Assembly (NCBI GenBank): GCA_037447605.1
Contig: CM074806.1
Coordinates: forward strand, 3,286,001-3,350,000
DNA length: 64,000 nucleotides
Reading direction: 5' to 3'
Origin: Zygnema circumcarinatum SAG 698-1b
Lineage: Eukaryota > Plantae > Zygnematophyceae
How positions within the stretch are numbered: position 1 is the first letter of the stretch; every line of letters begins with the position of its first letter. Made by a program: the position numbers and the translations under genes. Below the pieces are notes generated by a model. The model worked only from the letters and a program-made list of their open reading frames with translations. It had not been told where the DNA came from and did not search any database. This document shows positions 52,027 to 64,000 of this stretch, piece after piece.

Positions 52027-54906
52027 ATGTCTTTTGATAGCTTCAATACGGCTTTCTGGGAAAGCGGCATGTCATCCCTCAAAGGGCAGAACTCTGCACT
52101 TGGGAAGGAGCGGGAAGCGTTTCTTCTGCATCAGCTGAGCGCAGGGTCGCTTTCCAACCTGGACTTAAAAACTCAAGATTTTGTCTCCGACTATGTCATG
52201 CAGCAGGCAGCAGATCTTCTGCAGCGAAGAAAGAAGACTTCTGCCAGCGATGCTGTCGTTCCCAGTAATAGTTTTCGGAGGCAGGGAGTGTCGCCCATGA
52301 CAGCGACACCGTTATCGCAGCCATTGTTGGCTTCTCTTAAACCCGCAGTTGTCGGGGCACCCGCTTCATCAATGGAACTTCCAATGGCAACCGCTTCTTC
52401 ATCAAGGGCTGTTCTCAGGCCTTTTCTGAGGACACCTGCAGCATTAGGAATGGGAGGATCAGTGTCATCTATCGATGTGGTCGATAACCCGAGACAGCTT
52501 GTTCCGCCTGCTTCTGGAGGATCTTTTTTGAGTTCCAGAACAGCCTCAGGTTAGGGCTGTGTATAATCGTAGACTATTTTTCCATTTCCTTTGCATCAGA
52601 GTCTGCTATTTCAGCTAGTGCTCCCTTGTTGTAGGACTGTAGCATGAAGTCAGCAAGTTGCCACTTTGGTTCGTGTATCGCCGGTTGGGACGACGTTGGT
52701 GTGTTGCTGTCTACTAGGCAAAGATTCCCTGCCCATGTTGTGAACAGCAATGACGCGTCCGCTGACGTGCCGCATGCTGGATGCAGTGATGCCAGAATTT
52801 TAGGGTGGGACGTTTTCTACAGTAGCGAAATAGAGTTGGCATTTTAATCATGTAAGTTACTTGTCATTTCCTCTTTGTGCTATAGATGGCCTGGCGATGG
52901 GGAGCCCTCGCCCGTTTCGGATGATCCAGGAAAGCAGCCCTCTGCCGTATGCAAGCCCAGCGGTGCCACAATCGTCGCCCTTGCCCGGATCGTATCCTGC
53001 CCCCTCAGATGGCGTGTGCTTCAGGAGATGCATGCAAACAGGGTGATGGTAGTGATGTTGGAGGGATACTCTCTGACTTCTACTGATTGTGACCCTGAGT
53101 GTTGCTCTTGCCCATTGCTTAATGAATACAGCGAAGTACCTGCCTTTAAGTGGATGAATGTAAAGGATGATTCGGGTATTCCCTTGGACTGAACCAACAT
53201 GATGAGAGTTCTGCTATTTCAAACAAAAAGCTTTGTTAGTGGGTCACGTTATAGAATTCTTTGACCTCTTTTGAATAGACAATTGCTCAGTCCCGGAGCA
53301 CTGGCAAGGCAACAGCGTGCGTCAGCAGACGAAAAGAGAGGAAAGCGGAGAAGACCAGTAGTGGACTCGAAGCCACTGAACAGTAAGGCCTCTTGGCATT
53401 TTCTCGTGGTTTGGAGTTTTATTACGTAAACTGGAGGGGGGGTCTTTTCCCCCCTTCCAACAGCTGCTTTGCTTAAGTTTATCGTGCAGACTTATATAGT
53501 TACCACAGTTAAATACTTAACATGCTGCAGGGTCGAAGGACATGTTAGAAAATTTATTGAGGATCTTCGTAACCAAAGGATTTTTGTTTGCCTTTCAGAC
53601 TCGGTTGGGGCTTCTGCAGATTCTCAGGTCGTACCTGAGCAAATTGTTGAGGCACCGAAAGCACCTGTTGTCAAAGTGAAGGAGGAAAGGAGAAAGAAAA
53701 AGTGAGGAAATAGTTACCTCCAGGATGCTTCATACTGGGGCTAGAAATTGGGTTGGAGCTGTTTTCCTTTCCTTTCACAAGGTCTGAGGCGTTACAGATT
53801 AGAGAACTACAGTATGTCTGGGTACATGGAATGCCAGACTCGTGTCCAAGTTTTAGATGCTTAAGCATTCTCACTCAAGGCTTGCTTTTGAAGTGTAGCT
53901 TTTGACTTTTTCCAAGGCTAATTGGGCTCTGCAGGCTACTAAGGAATCGAGTGAGCGCACAGCAGGCGAGAGAGCGCAAACGACAACAAGTCATTGTGAG
54001 TTGCTTACTCCTCAAGTGGACCTTGGGACCTCAGATTTGCAGAGTGTGAGGTGGACGGTCAACAACATGGAGGGGCAAGTTACAAGCATGAAAACGTCCT
54101 GCTTTTGAGCGAACTTTGTGTTATAGGTTTCTTTGAGCGGTTTTATCTCCAAAACTGCTTTTGTCAAAATTGAATGAGTTAGCCGATTCAACTATTAGAT
54201 TGTGCCCAGAGGGGAGCGGAGAAACGCAGCTTAGTCATGCTGAATGCATGCACTTGTTGCGCAGCAGTCAGAGTCGTGAAAAACTGTCAATGGCACTGCA
54301 GGAACTTGAGCAACATTGTGGCCGGATTGAGCAAAACAATGCAAGGTTGGAGCGCCACATTGTTCACCTAACCAAGGTACCTCGACACCAATTTCCAGTG
54401 TGCGGGATATTCCTCGGACTCCTTTTCCTGTTGTTGCGGGAGGGTGCCCCATCCATTGACATTTCTGTTTTTGGATACTTCGAAGCTCGAGAATGCTTTC
54501 ATGAAACCAGCTTACGTGATTTTGTCTGCAAGCTTTCCAGGAGAATGAGGAGCTGCGACATTTTGTCAGAGGAAACATGCGGGCAGTTGCAGCTCATCCA
54601 GAAGGGGGAAGCATTGGAAGCGGCATGCCACAAGTCGGGAATGAATCGACTTTCAGCGTTCCAACAAATGTGGATCTCACACAACTGGGGGGTGAAGTCG
54701 GAGGAAGCTTTGACGTATCAGACTTCATATCGGGAGCAGACCAGAACTTGGGCGCTGGTTTGCAGAACTTGGGAGCTGGTTTGCAGGCGGCAGAACTGCA
54801 GCACATATCAAATGTTAGCTACGACAGGAACGGAGCCGTCTTTCTTAAGCTTCCGGACGGCACCATCTGGAGAGACAATGACAGAATGGTGTCGTACGAC
54901 GTGTAG
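52027..54906 (+). CDS. HY5: HY5/HYH-like (group H) bZIP transcription factor
   Basis: Splicing ...EERRKK(aa|g) into exon 53935-53995 gives KLLRNRVSAQQARERKRQQVI, the HY5-family basic-region signature. Exon 54302-54376 (ELEQHCGRIEQNNARLERHIVHLTK) and exon 54541-54906 (ENEELRH...) supply five heptads. The symbol denotes family, not proven orthology. Confidence 0.88.
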
Positions 54907-56248
54907 GAAGGATGGCTTGAGGGGCGCTTGGGCCGTGCTTGGGAGGATACCATACCTAGTAGATATGGGATGTGTGCAGGAAGGTGCCTGCCGTGTGGGA
55001 GAGAGAAGCGAACAAAAGGGAACACACTGTGTTGCCTGTCCGTGCCATTACAAAATCACGCGCTGCCTGCAGGTCGAATACTTCTTGTGTTACAAGCGGG
55101 CTTTGGGGGAACGGCAACGTTCTATTTGACGACAATGTTCAGTCCTTGGGAGAAGGGCAATGTTCTGTGCAATGACAACGCTTAGACCGAAAGCGTTTTC
55201 TACTCTCAACTTATCTCCTCGCTTGCATTAGCTCCGATTGTCTGTCCAGTTTGTTTGAGGCAACCCTCCCCGTCTTCAAGGTCATGGGAGAACTTGAGCT
55301 GTGGAAGTTCTACATGGGAGTGAATTTTGCTGTCAACAAAACATTACATATTCGAGATTTGCCTGAATGTGCTAGATATCATGCTATTTGCATTGAGCAT
55401 TTATTTCATAATAGGGGAAAGTGGTTAGGAAGGAGTGGGACAGAAAGCCGTGCTCAGCCTTTTATGGTACAAAAGTCGCAGACAACTGCATTTTGCATTT
55501 TTAACGGAGATAGCAAACCGTACTATTGGGCTTTGATGGACACCTTGAGTTGGTGCAAAATGGCTTCATGCCATGGAGTTTGGTCTGTGCCGTCTTTGGA
55601 GCTCAACACAGTTTTTGCATGAGCTTAGTTTTTCGTTCAGAAAAGTTGTTCTGGTGCTTGTGGTGACCGAATGCCCGTAAAATCATTTGTGAAGACGTGC
55701 AGAGCACAACGGACATATTGTATCATATTGTACAGAACCGTGGCTATAAAACTGTCCATGGTAGCAGGAACGGTCTTGGCGACGGATAGTATCAACTTTC
55801 AAGTTCCAGATTTCCTGCAGTAAGAGTGCACTGGTTACCAAGAAAACCGGAAAATAGCTCAACTGAACAAATTTGGCATGTGCCGAAGTGGGTGGGCAAA
55901 AGATTGCCTCTCCACGAGTACATCGTTCAGCTATTGACCTCAAATGGACTCCATTAAGGTTCAAACTCCACCCCTGCTCCATGTTCTCGAATAAAAAGGA
56001 CGCCTCTCCTCCGCCTTGCAACCGACTCATTTATGTGAAACCTTCCGCACAATCGAGTCCACCAACAAATTCTTGGATGGTGACCACAGCAGTAGAACAC
56101 TGGAGAAAAAAAAGTTACCATCGAGTACAAGTCCCCCAAGTTCGACTGAAAAACCAAACTCTTCGACTATGCGTCTTCACTCCCATCGTCAGTGTTGCTT
56201 GAAACCCATTCACAAGTGGCAACAATATTCCCTTATTCCCTTATTCCC

Positions 56249-58847
56249 TTACTTTCCCCCTTTCTCCATAATAGTCACATCCTGAATGTCCTTTGTGAGT
56301 ACAGACACAAGGCGCGCTATAGCGTCCATCTGCTGCTCTAGCACCAGCCGCATGTTTTCTGCACTCTGCTCGATGATCTTCACACCTCCCAACTCCTCAG
56401 CATACGCTGCCCCACCCCGGGCTTCAAGCCGTGCTGTGGATAATACTGTGTCAGCTCTACGCAGCAAGTCTGCATGGGCGCCATATGTCTGCCGGACCAA
56501 CCATCGCAATCGCTCCAGAAGTTGGAGCTCGCCATCAGTCAATGGCTGCTGAAGGCCCTTGCTCTCTAACGCCTGTAAAAAATAAGGATCCCATCTTGTC
56601 AAGGAAACCAGAAGCATACGAAAAGTTCAATGCAACCAACAACCACAGCAGCAAGCATTGTCCCTACTCTCAAAGGCGCTCCCCGTAGAGATTATTGCCC
56701 ACCGGCCTTTCACTTTCAATCCAAACGACAAGCAAGCAGACAGCGCCCATTGCGAAGGAAGCATGAAGTTATGCGCCAATACATTACAGGAAGGAACTAC
56801 GCCGATCTGACTAAAATACAAATATCACCTGCAAATGTCTCATGAGGCGGAGCAGTCGTTTATGAAGAGAATCGTCCCTGCATTTTAGCTGCTGGATGCG
56901 CGGCAGTAAGCTATTTTCTAAGCTGCGCTGCAGCATACGGACATAAGTCTGTGTCTTACGTAAATACTCGGCATCTTCACGCATGGCCTGATCCTGCAAT
57001 AAGTAGAACGAAAAGCATTAATTCACTCTGAGCCCCTTTAGACGTGGCTCTACAGATATAGTTCAATTCATACAAGATGTAAGACTCAAACAAAGTGCAC
57101 TTCACTAAAGCAGTAAAACAACCACGTTTCTTTAAAACATGCAATAAACATTTCAAATGCTTGCAATGGAATACTATAGTGAAATTCCACAATAGTCCTT
57201 CATCAACTGACTCTGTTGTTACATTCACTTAGATCCCTCCACCTCATGAGTTTCATCTACAGACCACGTGTCTTTCTTGTCGTTCATAAGCACCTCTATA
57301 AGCACCTCTGTAATAACCACAACCCTGCAAGCAGCAACCAGATATTAACCTCCTTTGCATACTTAACCAATCGTGAAATCATGTTGAACACATTAAATAG
57401 TCAAGTTCCGGTAAAAATCAGTGATAAAAAAAAACACTCCGGTCCTCATCAATCTTTTGCCTTAACACTAGTATCAAGCTTGCCAAGTACAAGGCATGTC
57501 TTCATCGTCACCTGGAGAAGTAATCGTTTGGAAAGACCATTAAAGCCCTCAATCAACTCTGGCCACAAGCGTTCCCTGTCCGTTGCATCCATGCCCTCCA
57601 GCTGCCGAATAGCCTCCTGCCACATAGACTCTGAAACTCCTGGTGGCCTGAACCGCAATTGGGGCTCCTTTACAGTCAAGAGCAAATGCCAAAACTTATA
57701 ATTTGGATTATTCGGATTAGCGTCATAGGCCTGTATGATAGGTTGAAGTTCCCTGTCTGGTAGAGGAACAGCGAGGGGTGCCACAGGTGCCATTTGTGTC
57801 TGCAGCTGCATGCTGCCTGGGATCACCTGAGGCTGCTGCACTTGGGAACCTGCGTTCCATATCTGTACTTGTGACTGACCAAAAGTTGACGGCTGCAACT
57901 GCTGCTGACCAAAAGCTGACTGTTGGGCTGGCGACTGACCAAACAGCGAAGGCTGAGACTGCTGCTGACCAAAGTTCGACGACGGCGTCTGCGGTTGACC
58001 AACAAGTGAAGGTTGGCTCTGCGGTTGACCAAAGATTGATGGCTGGGACTGGGCTGATGTAGAGGGACCTACACAATCCCGCCATGTAGAGGAAAGGTCA
58101 GCATGCCTAATAAGACAAACAAATCAACAGCAATGCACAAAACTATCTCCGAGATCACACACAGCCAAATCTTAGTGAATTCTAGCTGAAAGTAAATCAT
58201 ACGTTTCAATTGAATGATTGAATTCATTCAACCATGAAGTAGCCAGACCACGGCAGAGGTGCACATAATTAAGAGGTTTTCCAGGTGTGGTACAGAAAGA
58301 GGAGCCACCAGATTGAGAAGGAGTTGAAGATGCAAACACTCCACCGCCAGATCCAAAAATACTGCTTTAACCAAAGAAAAGTAAAACCACAGTCGCAAGA
58401 TGAAACGGCATAAGAAACGTACTTGAGGTAACCAGCTCATATGCCATGCTGCTTTGTTATCAATCAAAGCGCAGTCCTTGAGAACACTGCTCACAACAAA
58501 GAAATTACAGACTAGCAAACTGCCAAGGGGGCTATATTCAGCTACAAGATAGGTTGCAAAGTTCATAGTCAGGTATTCTGCAATTAAGAGCATTCAATAT
58601 TCCAGTGACATTTCTAAGGAGGACAAACGATTCAAACGAAATAACTAGCAGAGCACCTTGTCTAGTCACCGATATCCAAGCAAAGCTCCAATGGAGTTCA
58701 AGTGACAAATCTCTTACGATAGAAAGGGCATGCAACTTGCACGATCAAACATGCCTCCAGGTTCAGAGCTTTACCGTACCCTCCGGTAGCCGGGCCAGAA
58801 GGGCCAAACAAGCTGCTGCCACCTGTTGGTGTCGATGCTTGAAACAT
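56249..58847 (-). CDS. NUP54: Nucleoporin NUP54
   Basis: ATG 58847 (MFQASTPTGGSSLFG), FG/Q-rich repeats (PAFGQ, SNFGQ, SLFGQ, STFGQ), then QMAPVAPL..PLPDRE.Q.I..AY...P.NP.YKF.HLL, DRERLWPELIEGF..LSKRL..QD and coiled coils ending VL.QQ..AIARL..VL.KD..D..IM. Confidence 0.93.
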
Positions 58848-60736
58848 GGCTTCAATGCTTGCTCAGAAATTTTGCAATCCAGGAGCAGAGAAAGATCTAA
58901 AGCCAAACATGGAGTTGGACGAACTTTGGATGAATTGTGAGGCCGGCGCTCAGCGTCATCAAAGTGGCCTGCTACAGTTTCCAAAATTTTGTACGTTTCA
59001 TATAGAAAGAAACATGTAGGGCAATGGAAAAGATGTTAAGCTCCTGGAGGTTGCGCTCAGGTATACGACGTGGTGTTTTGAGTTCGAATGAAAGTCTCTC
59101 CTGGAAACGGAACTCGTCATCTACGTTAGGAAGAGAAACTTCAGAAGCACGAAGGTATGTCGCTTTCGAGTGCATCGTTGCGAAAGCCTCTTTCATTATA
59201 CAAAGGTCTGAGCAGGCACATCATTTGCGAGAAGAAGTCAATGATCCAAATTTTAAAATTGTGCAATGTCAAAAGCATGAAAGCGTGCTTACCATTTGCA
59301 CTACCAAAAAAATCGAAAGCAATACAAACGCAATTCCTAATAGCAGCAACCTGCAAACTTTAGATTTAGTCCAGGACGGGGCGATGAATGGGCAAACGTC
59401 GGCCAATAGCCGGTCCCAGACATCAAAGAGGCTCCAGACAGACAACGCTGAAGGAACTTCAGCGGCGCCATCATCACTGTAGCACAGCGTTGACTCGGGT
59501 CCCTTCCATGGGCAAGAATGCCGCGAAAGGCGCTCTTAAGGGCTGTGCAAATGGAACACTCAAAGACGGCACAAATCACGTATCGCCTACTCTATTCTTC
59601 CTCTCTAAGAGAAGCTCTCCATACGCAACGTTCACAAAAAATCATCAGCATATCTCGGCCATACCCGTTATCCTGCAGTCCATTCTCAAACCAACTTATT
59701 ACCTTGAAGGCATTTTAGAATCCAGCAAGAGACAACAGCTGCAGAAAAAAGGATTTCACTTCTCGAAATCTCAGTTCTTGAAAGCTGTCGTAATATACTC
59801 TGCCAGCCAAATCCAGCATTATTCTAAACGGATCCTTGCATGCATGCAGAGGCAGATGATAGCAGCCCTCTTAGCAAAGCGAAGATTACCTTTAAACGAT
59901 TCAATTGCAAGAGACGCGCCACTACCAGGACAGACACTGGAGCGGCGAAGCCACCGCCACCGTTGCACGGCTACGCAGATTAAAACAAGCTCGGAAGGGT
60001 TCGGGGGTGTCGCCAAAGCAGCGGGAAACGGTCAGATTCCATGTGACCGTTTTGAATTGTCGTTCTGTGCTCGTGGTTCAGGGATTCGCTCTGATGTAAC
60101 ACGGGACACGGGACCGGAGGGACCCTGTTCCACCATTGTTGGGACCAAAAAAAAGGATTTTATTTTCATTATGGGTCGCAGCCATCAAAATTTGCGCGCT
60201 CGAAATGTCTAAAAACAAAAGATCCGGAAAAAGTACGGAAGTTTAAATGTCGGGCAGACATGCTCGAGGCCTGCTCCATCGCTTATTTTTTCTTTACATT
60301 TTTCTTATTTTTAATAATGCTTTTTTAATTTGTTTTATACAGAAAGAAGGCACTGAACGATATGATGTAGCTTTGCAAGGTGAAATCAAGACCGGAAATT
60401 TCAGATTTGCTCTTATCCCATTTGTAGTGCACATGGACTAGCCAATGACTCTTGTAACTTTTTCCTTCACATAGCTCCTATTACAACTACCTTGTTTCAA
60501 GGTACGAATGACACTCCTACTCTACTACTGAAGAAAGAATAAGGCATTTCAAAGGGCCTCTACCTACCATGGTGATCCTACAACATCAACTTCCCAATCA
60601 CGGTGCCAAGCCGTTCCTCCTCCCTAGAAACCCTCTTAGAAGCTGACACCTTAACATTAGGTGCGAAATGGAACGCTTGCTATCTCCAACAAACTTATAA
60701 GCCCAACCACCTTTCACCTCCGAGGAATCAAATCCC

Positions 60737-63700
60737 TCAAACCACATTTCTTTTGTATAACAACAAGTACGCTTGATCATGCAGCGCCTGTGACTGAGGA
60801 ATTGGTATGACTTGGCTGTCGTCAAACCGGAGCCACCGTCCGTCATATTGCCGAACATCTGCCGTGTAATGGCCTCCAGACGGGTCTTTTCCATGATGGG
60901 ATACTGTCGCTACAAGATCGTACTTCCTCGCCTGTGAAGACGGGACAGCGCCCACGGATAAAGAGTGTCACGAGAACATCAAGAATAAGACAATGAAGTT
61001 GACCTTGACCCTCACAACTGTGAATAATTGCCTTACAAACCGGGGTAGGAGCAAGTCGAGTTGTCAGGGCAAAACCAAGAGAGAGCTTATGGCAGATTCC
61101 TCTCCAGGAGACAGACACATGCAAAGGGCCGTCGCCAACTATTGAGGGTACACGGAAGGGTTCAGGTTAAGAAAAGCAGACAGCTATGGGTTCAAAAAGA
61201 TCACCTCCGAATTCGCTGATGTTGCAGAGACCAGAAGTTCTCTCGCCAGCGTGAGAGATGCTGGGAATTGAACTGGCTTGTGGACTTTCCCCATCCCCTG
61301 AGCGCCATAGCTGAATCGCTTCAGATGAAGAATGAGTATTTGAGGTAATGTCTGAATCTTCACTGCTTTGCTTGCAGTTACCACCTCAGGCTGCACATCC
61401 AGTAGAGTACTACTCATTGGTTATCCATGTGTTCCACACTTGTCTGAGAGTGAGAGAGAAGGGTGGAAACAATGAAAGAGGATGGAGGAAAGAAAGAATA
61501 GTTAATGGACGTATCGGACGAAGAGCAAAGAGAGAGGAGGGAACATGAGAGCCTGGAAGAGTAGTAAGCACATCTGAAGTGGCCAGGTCAAGAAGTGTTG
61601 GGTCCTCATAGCTATACCTTTCCTGAATGAGTTTTGTATCCCTCCAATGACTCAGGTGCTGCAAACAATGCGAGTGCATCCTCCAGAGAATGAACAGCTT
61701 CCGGAATAATGTCAAGCTGCAAAAGAAGAAAAGGTTGTACCGTAGCCGACGCTTTGTTGCCTGTACCATTCCAACCAGTAACAACAAAAACATTTAACAT
61801 TGTAAAATCAACAATGACGAGTTGAGTGCTCACAAACATCTCACAACCTTAGTACGAATCTCCATCATATGCTTGTGCAATTTCTTGGGGGTAAAAATGG
61901 GTAGCTACGCAAGGAACTGGGTAAAGTCTCCCAATAGCATGGTGGAACGAATGACAAGGAATAACAGGATAAGACCCACCTTTTGTTTTCACCACACTTC
62001 GCAACTGCCCGCCAAAAATGTCACTTAGAGCTGAAGCAACAACGGTATGTGTACGAGTAACGGATGAACGATTTTTCGGGCCCACTGTCTCCCACTCCTC
62101 TTCTCCCTCTCCACCATCAAACTCCATGACTGTCACAACTCCTCCTTCTCCGACAAGGTTGCCTCTATCTCCAACATCTCCAGAACTAAATTCCGAGCTC
62201 TTGCCCTCCAACCGAAGCAGCTCCTCATGCATGCGATCCATGACGAAGCTCAAAAATTCCTGCGCATCTTCCTGTCGGCTGCCCATTTGCAGACAGCAAC
62301 CACAGAATTCAGTTCAGACAATTCATAGTTACTGTAAAAAGGATGTCCTAGCGATGATTTAGAACAAGAAAAAGCCTGCTTTCAATCACTTGACTTTCTT
62401 TCCGATATTTATGTACTATCAAGCAAAATAACATTGCTTCCCCCAACCGAAATTGCAGAACAGTACAAATGTGTTATTTTGCCGACGAAAAGCAACTCAC
62501 TTGTTCCTCATTCCGGCACGATTGCTGGTCGGGCTAAACCGCAGCAGCACATCATCAAACATAGTGGGAGAGAATGGTCGGCCAACATCAATGTTGCGCT
62601 TAGCCGTCACACTCGCAGTTTTACCACCTGCTGCCAGATTGTCGCCAGGCAAGGTCTGAAACTCTCGAACAAAAGCAGAAAATGCTCCCAAGGTTGGATA
62701 TCCAGTCTGCATAGTGCAAAAAGTGATCAGATTCCACACTTGAACAGGTACGCTGAATATGGTCGTCATTTGATCAATGACACGGTTTGAGGTTATGTGT
62801 TGTCATAGCGTCATTGTTCAAGAATCGTGCTTGATGCCCCAGAAGCAATCAGCAACATGCGATAAGCAGCAAGCAAGCCTTTTCGAGAAGGTCACGTGAA
62901 AAAAACTCACGGAGGGAATCGTTTCAGCTGAAAGTATCCGAAGGAGGTGTAGAAATGGCGAACAAGAAAGTAGGCACTGGAGAGTGGAATTCAGAAAGCA
63001 AGTATTTCCAGCATTCAGAAGACCTCTCGGCTGTATCCTTAGTATTCCCCAAGCCTCTGTACTTTTGAAGCTGTTAAGCCATGATTCACGACTAAGAGGC
63101 GATGTCACCGCCTGATGAGACTGTGAAGTGAGACTCGTTTCACTAGCGCCTGTAGATGTTCCGTTTGCTCCCATTCGCTGCTCTGCAGATACTCCATCCC
63201 GCAATAGTTCTTCTGCCGGATTCAGCACAATTGTTGAAGGAGCTGAGGAAGATGATGCAACAGGGGACGACGATGACGATGCCTTCCCTGCTTTTGATGG
63301 CTGGCCGATACTACTGCCGATTGGCAAGGAACCCAAAGGAGCTGACGATGCCGGAGCTCTGATCCCTGAGATTCCACTTGGCCCATCTGAAGAAGAGGAT
63401 GAACGTACGAGGGCTGCCCATGATTTGACAGGTGGCTTCGGGGGAAGAGCTGGTGGAGTAGATGGACCAGCTACTGTCGGAGAAAGCGAAGCACCAGCAG
63501 ACGCTCCGTCAACATCTTCTCCATGTTCACTCGAGGAGGATGATGGTGGAATTGATGTGGCGCCATTCAGAGCAGTAGAATGAGAGAGATTTTGTGATGT
63601 GGTCGTGGAGGAAGGCCTGCGTTGAGTGTCAGCGGGTGGAGGTCCTGGCGAGTCTGAAAGCGAAGGAATTGAGGCTGAAGACAAGGAAAAAACAGGCTCC

Positions 63701-64000
63701 TCTGCACTCGCTGTTGTTGAAGTAGAGATCTGAGAAGTGAAGGAACCTGACGAAGTACTAGAGTTCGGGGCAGGTTGCGGGGCAAGGGGTGTGGATGTGA
63801 TTGAAGTCTGGGTGACAGGCAAAACTGGTTGAGGGGGAGGAGGTGCATGGGCGACTGACCATAGGGGAGAAGGAAGACGGTTGGAAGGAACAAGGGTCAT
63901 CGCAGAAACAGCAGCTGCAGGTTTGATTGTTTGAGGGGAGGTCGTTCGTGCAGGGATACCCCAAGCAGCTGGAGGGGGTCCAGCGACAGAAGTGCTTTCT
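60737..64000 (-). CDS. UBP24: Ubiquitin-specific protease UBP24/USP10-like; 5' end outside window
   Basis: Cys box PRGLLNAGNTCFLNSTLQ, RQEDAQEFLSFVMD, WETVGPKNRS, SDIFGGQLRS, ILHLKRFSY, His box HHG..PSGGHYTAD..WLRFDD..AYLLLY; KSWAAL motif in the disordered N-terminus; frame open to the window edge. Confidence 0.95.

Noticed and set aside
54161-55129. 322-aa ORF suggesting a leucine zipper with a degenerate basic region
   Set aside because: The apparent basic region is intron sequence; correct splicing supplies a canonical HY5 basic exon at 53935-53995.
59388-60212. 274-aa plus-strand ORF
   Set aside because: Non-ATG start, no recognisable domain, antisense to minus-strand splice signals.

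Overview
Intron-rich eukaryotic nuclear DNA, not prokaryotic: GT-AG introns, GCAGCC-ATG start contexts, (GA)n microsatellites and GC-rich promoter islands. The gene set is plant-type (GH9-CBM49, RAY1, Root_cap, MTP1, HY5, Lilium-type thioredoxin), so a streptophyte, probably a charophyte alga, is my inference. I assembled 14 protein-coding genes by eye from splice sites. In order: 5'-truncated GH9 endoglucanase with two CBM49 modules; plastid thioredoxin-like 4; TMEM45/DUF716; an intronless GT-B-like type II membrane protein; a single-TM orphan; a divergent alpha/beta-hydrolase pair (one membrane-embedded, one with nucleophile Ser->Ala); an MTP1-type Zn transporter with a very long His-Asp loop; a Root_cap/VWD-like secreted protein; RAY1; a secreted His-Asp/extensin-like protein; an HY5-like bZIP whose basic region is invisible in the ORF track; NUP54; and 5'-truncated UBP24/USP10. 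Non-coding features include a 946-bp Mutator-like fold-back element in the MTP promoter, a nested pair of TA-flanked MITEs, GTAC and G-box clusters, pentamer tandem repeats, and a CCATTGG module shared upstream of two secreted-protein genes. Best candidates for new biology: the His-Asp/extensin wall protein, the active plus pseudo-hydrolase pair, the intronless GT-B-like gene, and a speculative metal/cell-wall regulon. Exon boundaries and family calls come from motif recognition only; no database search was run.
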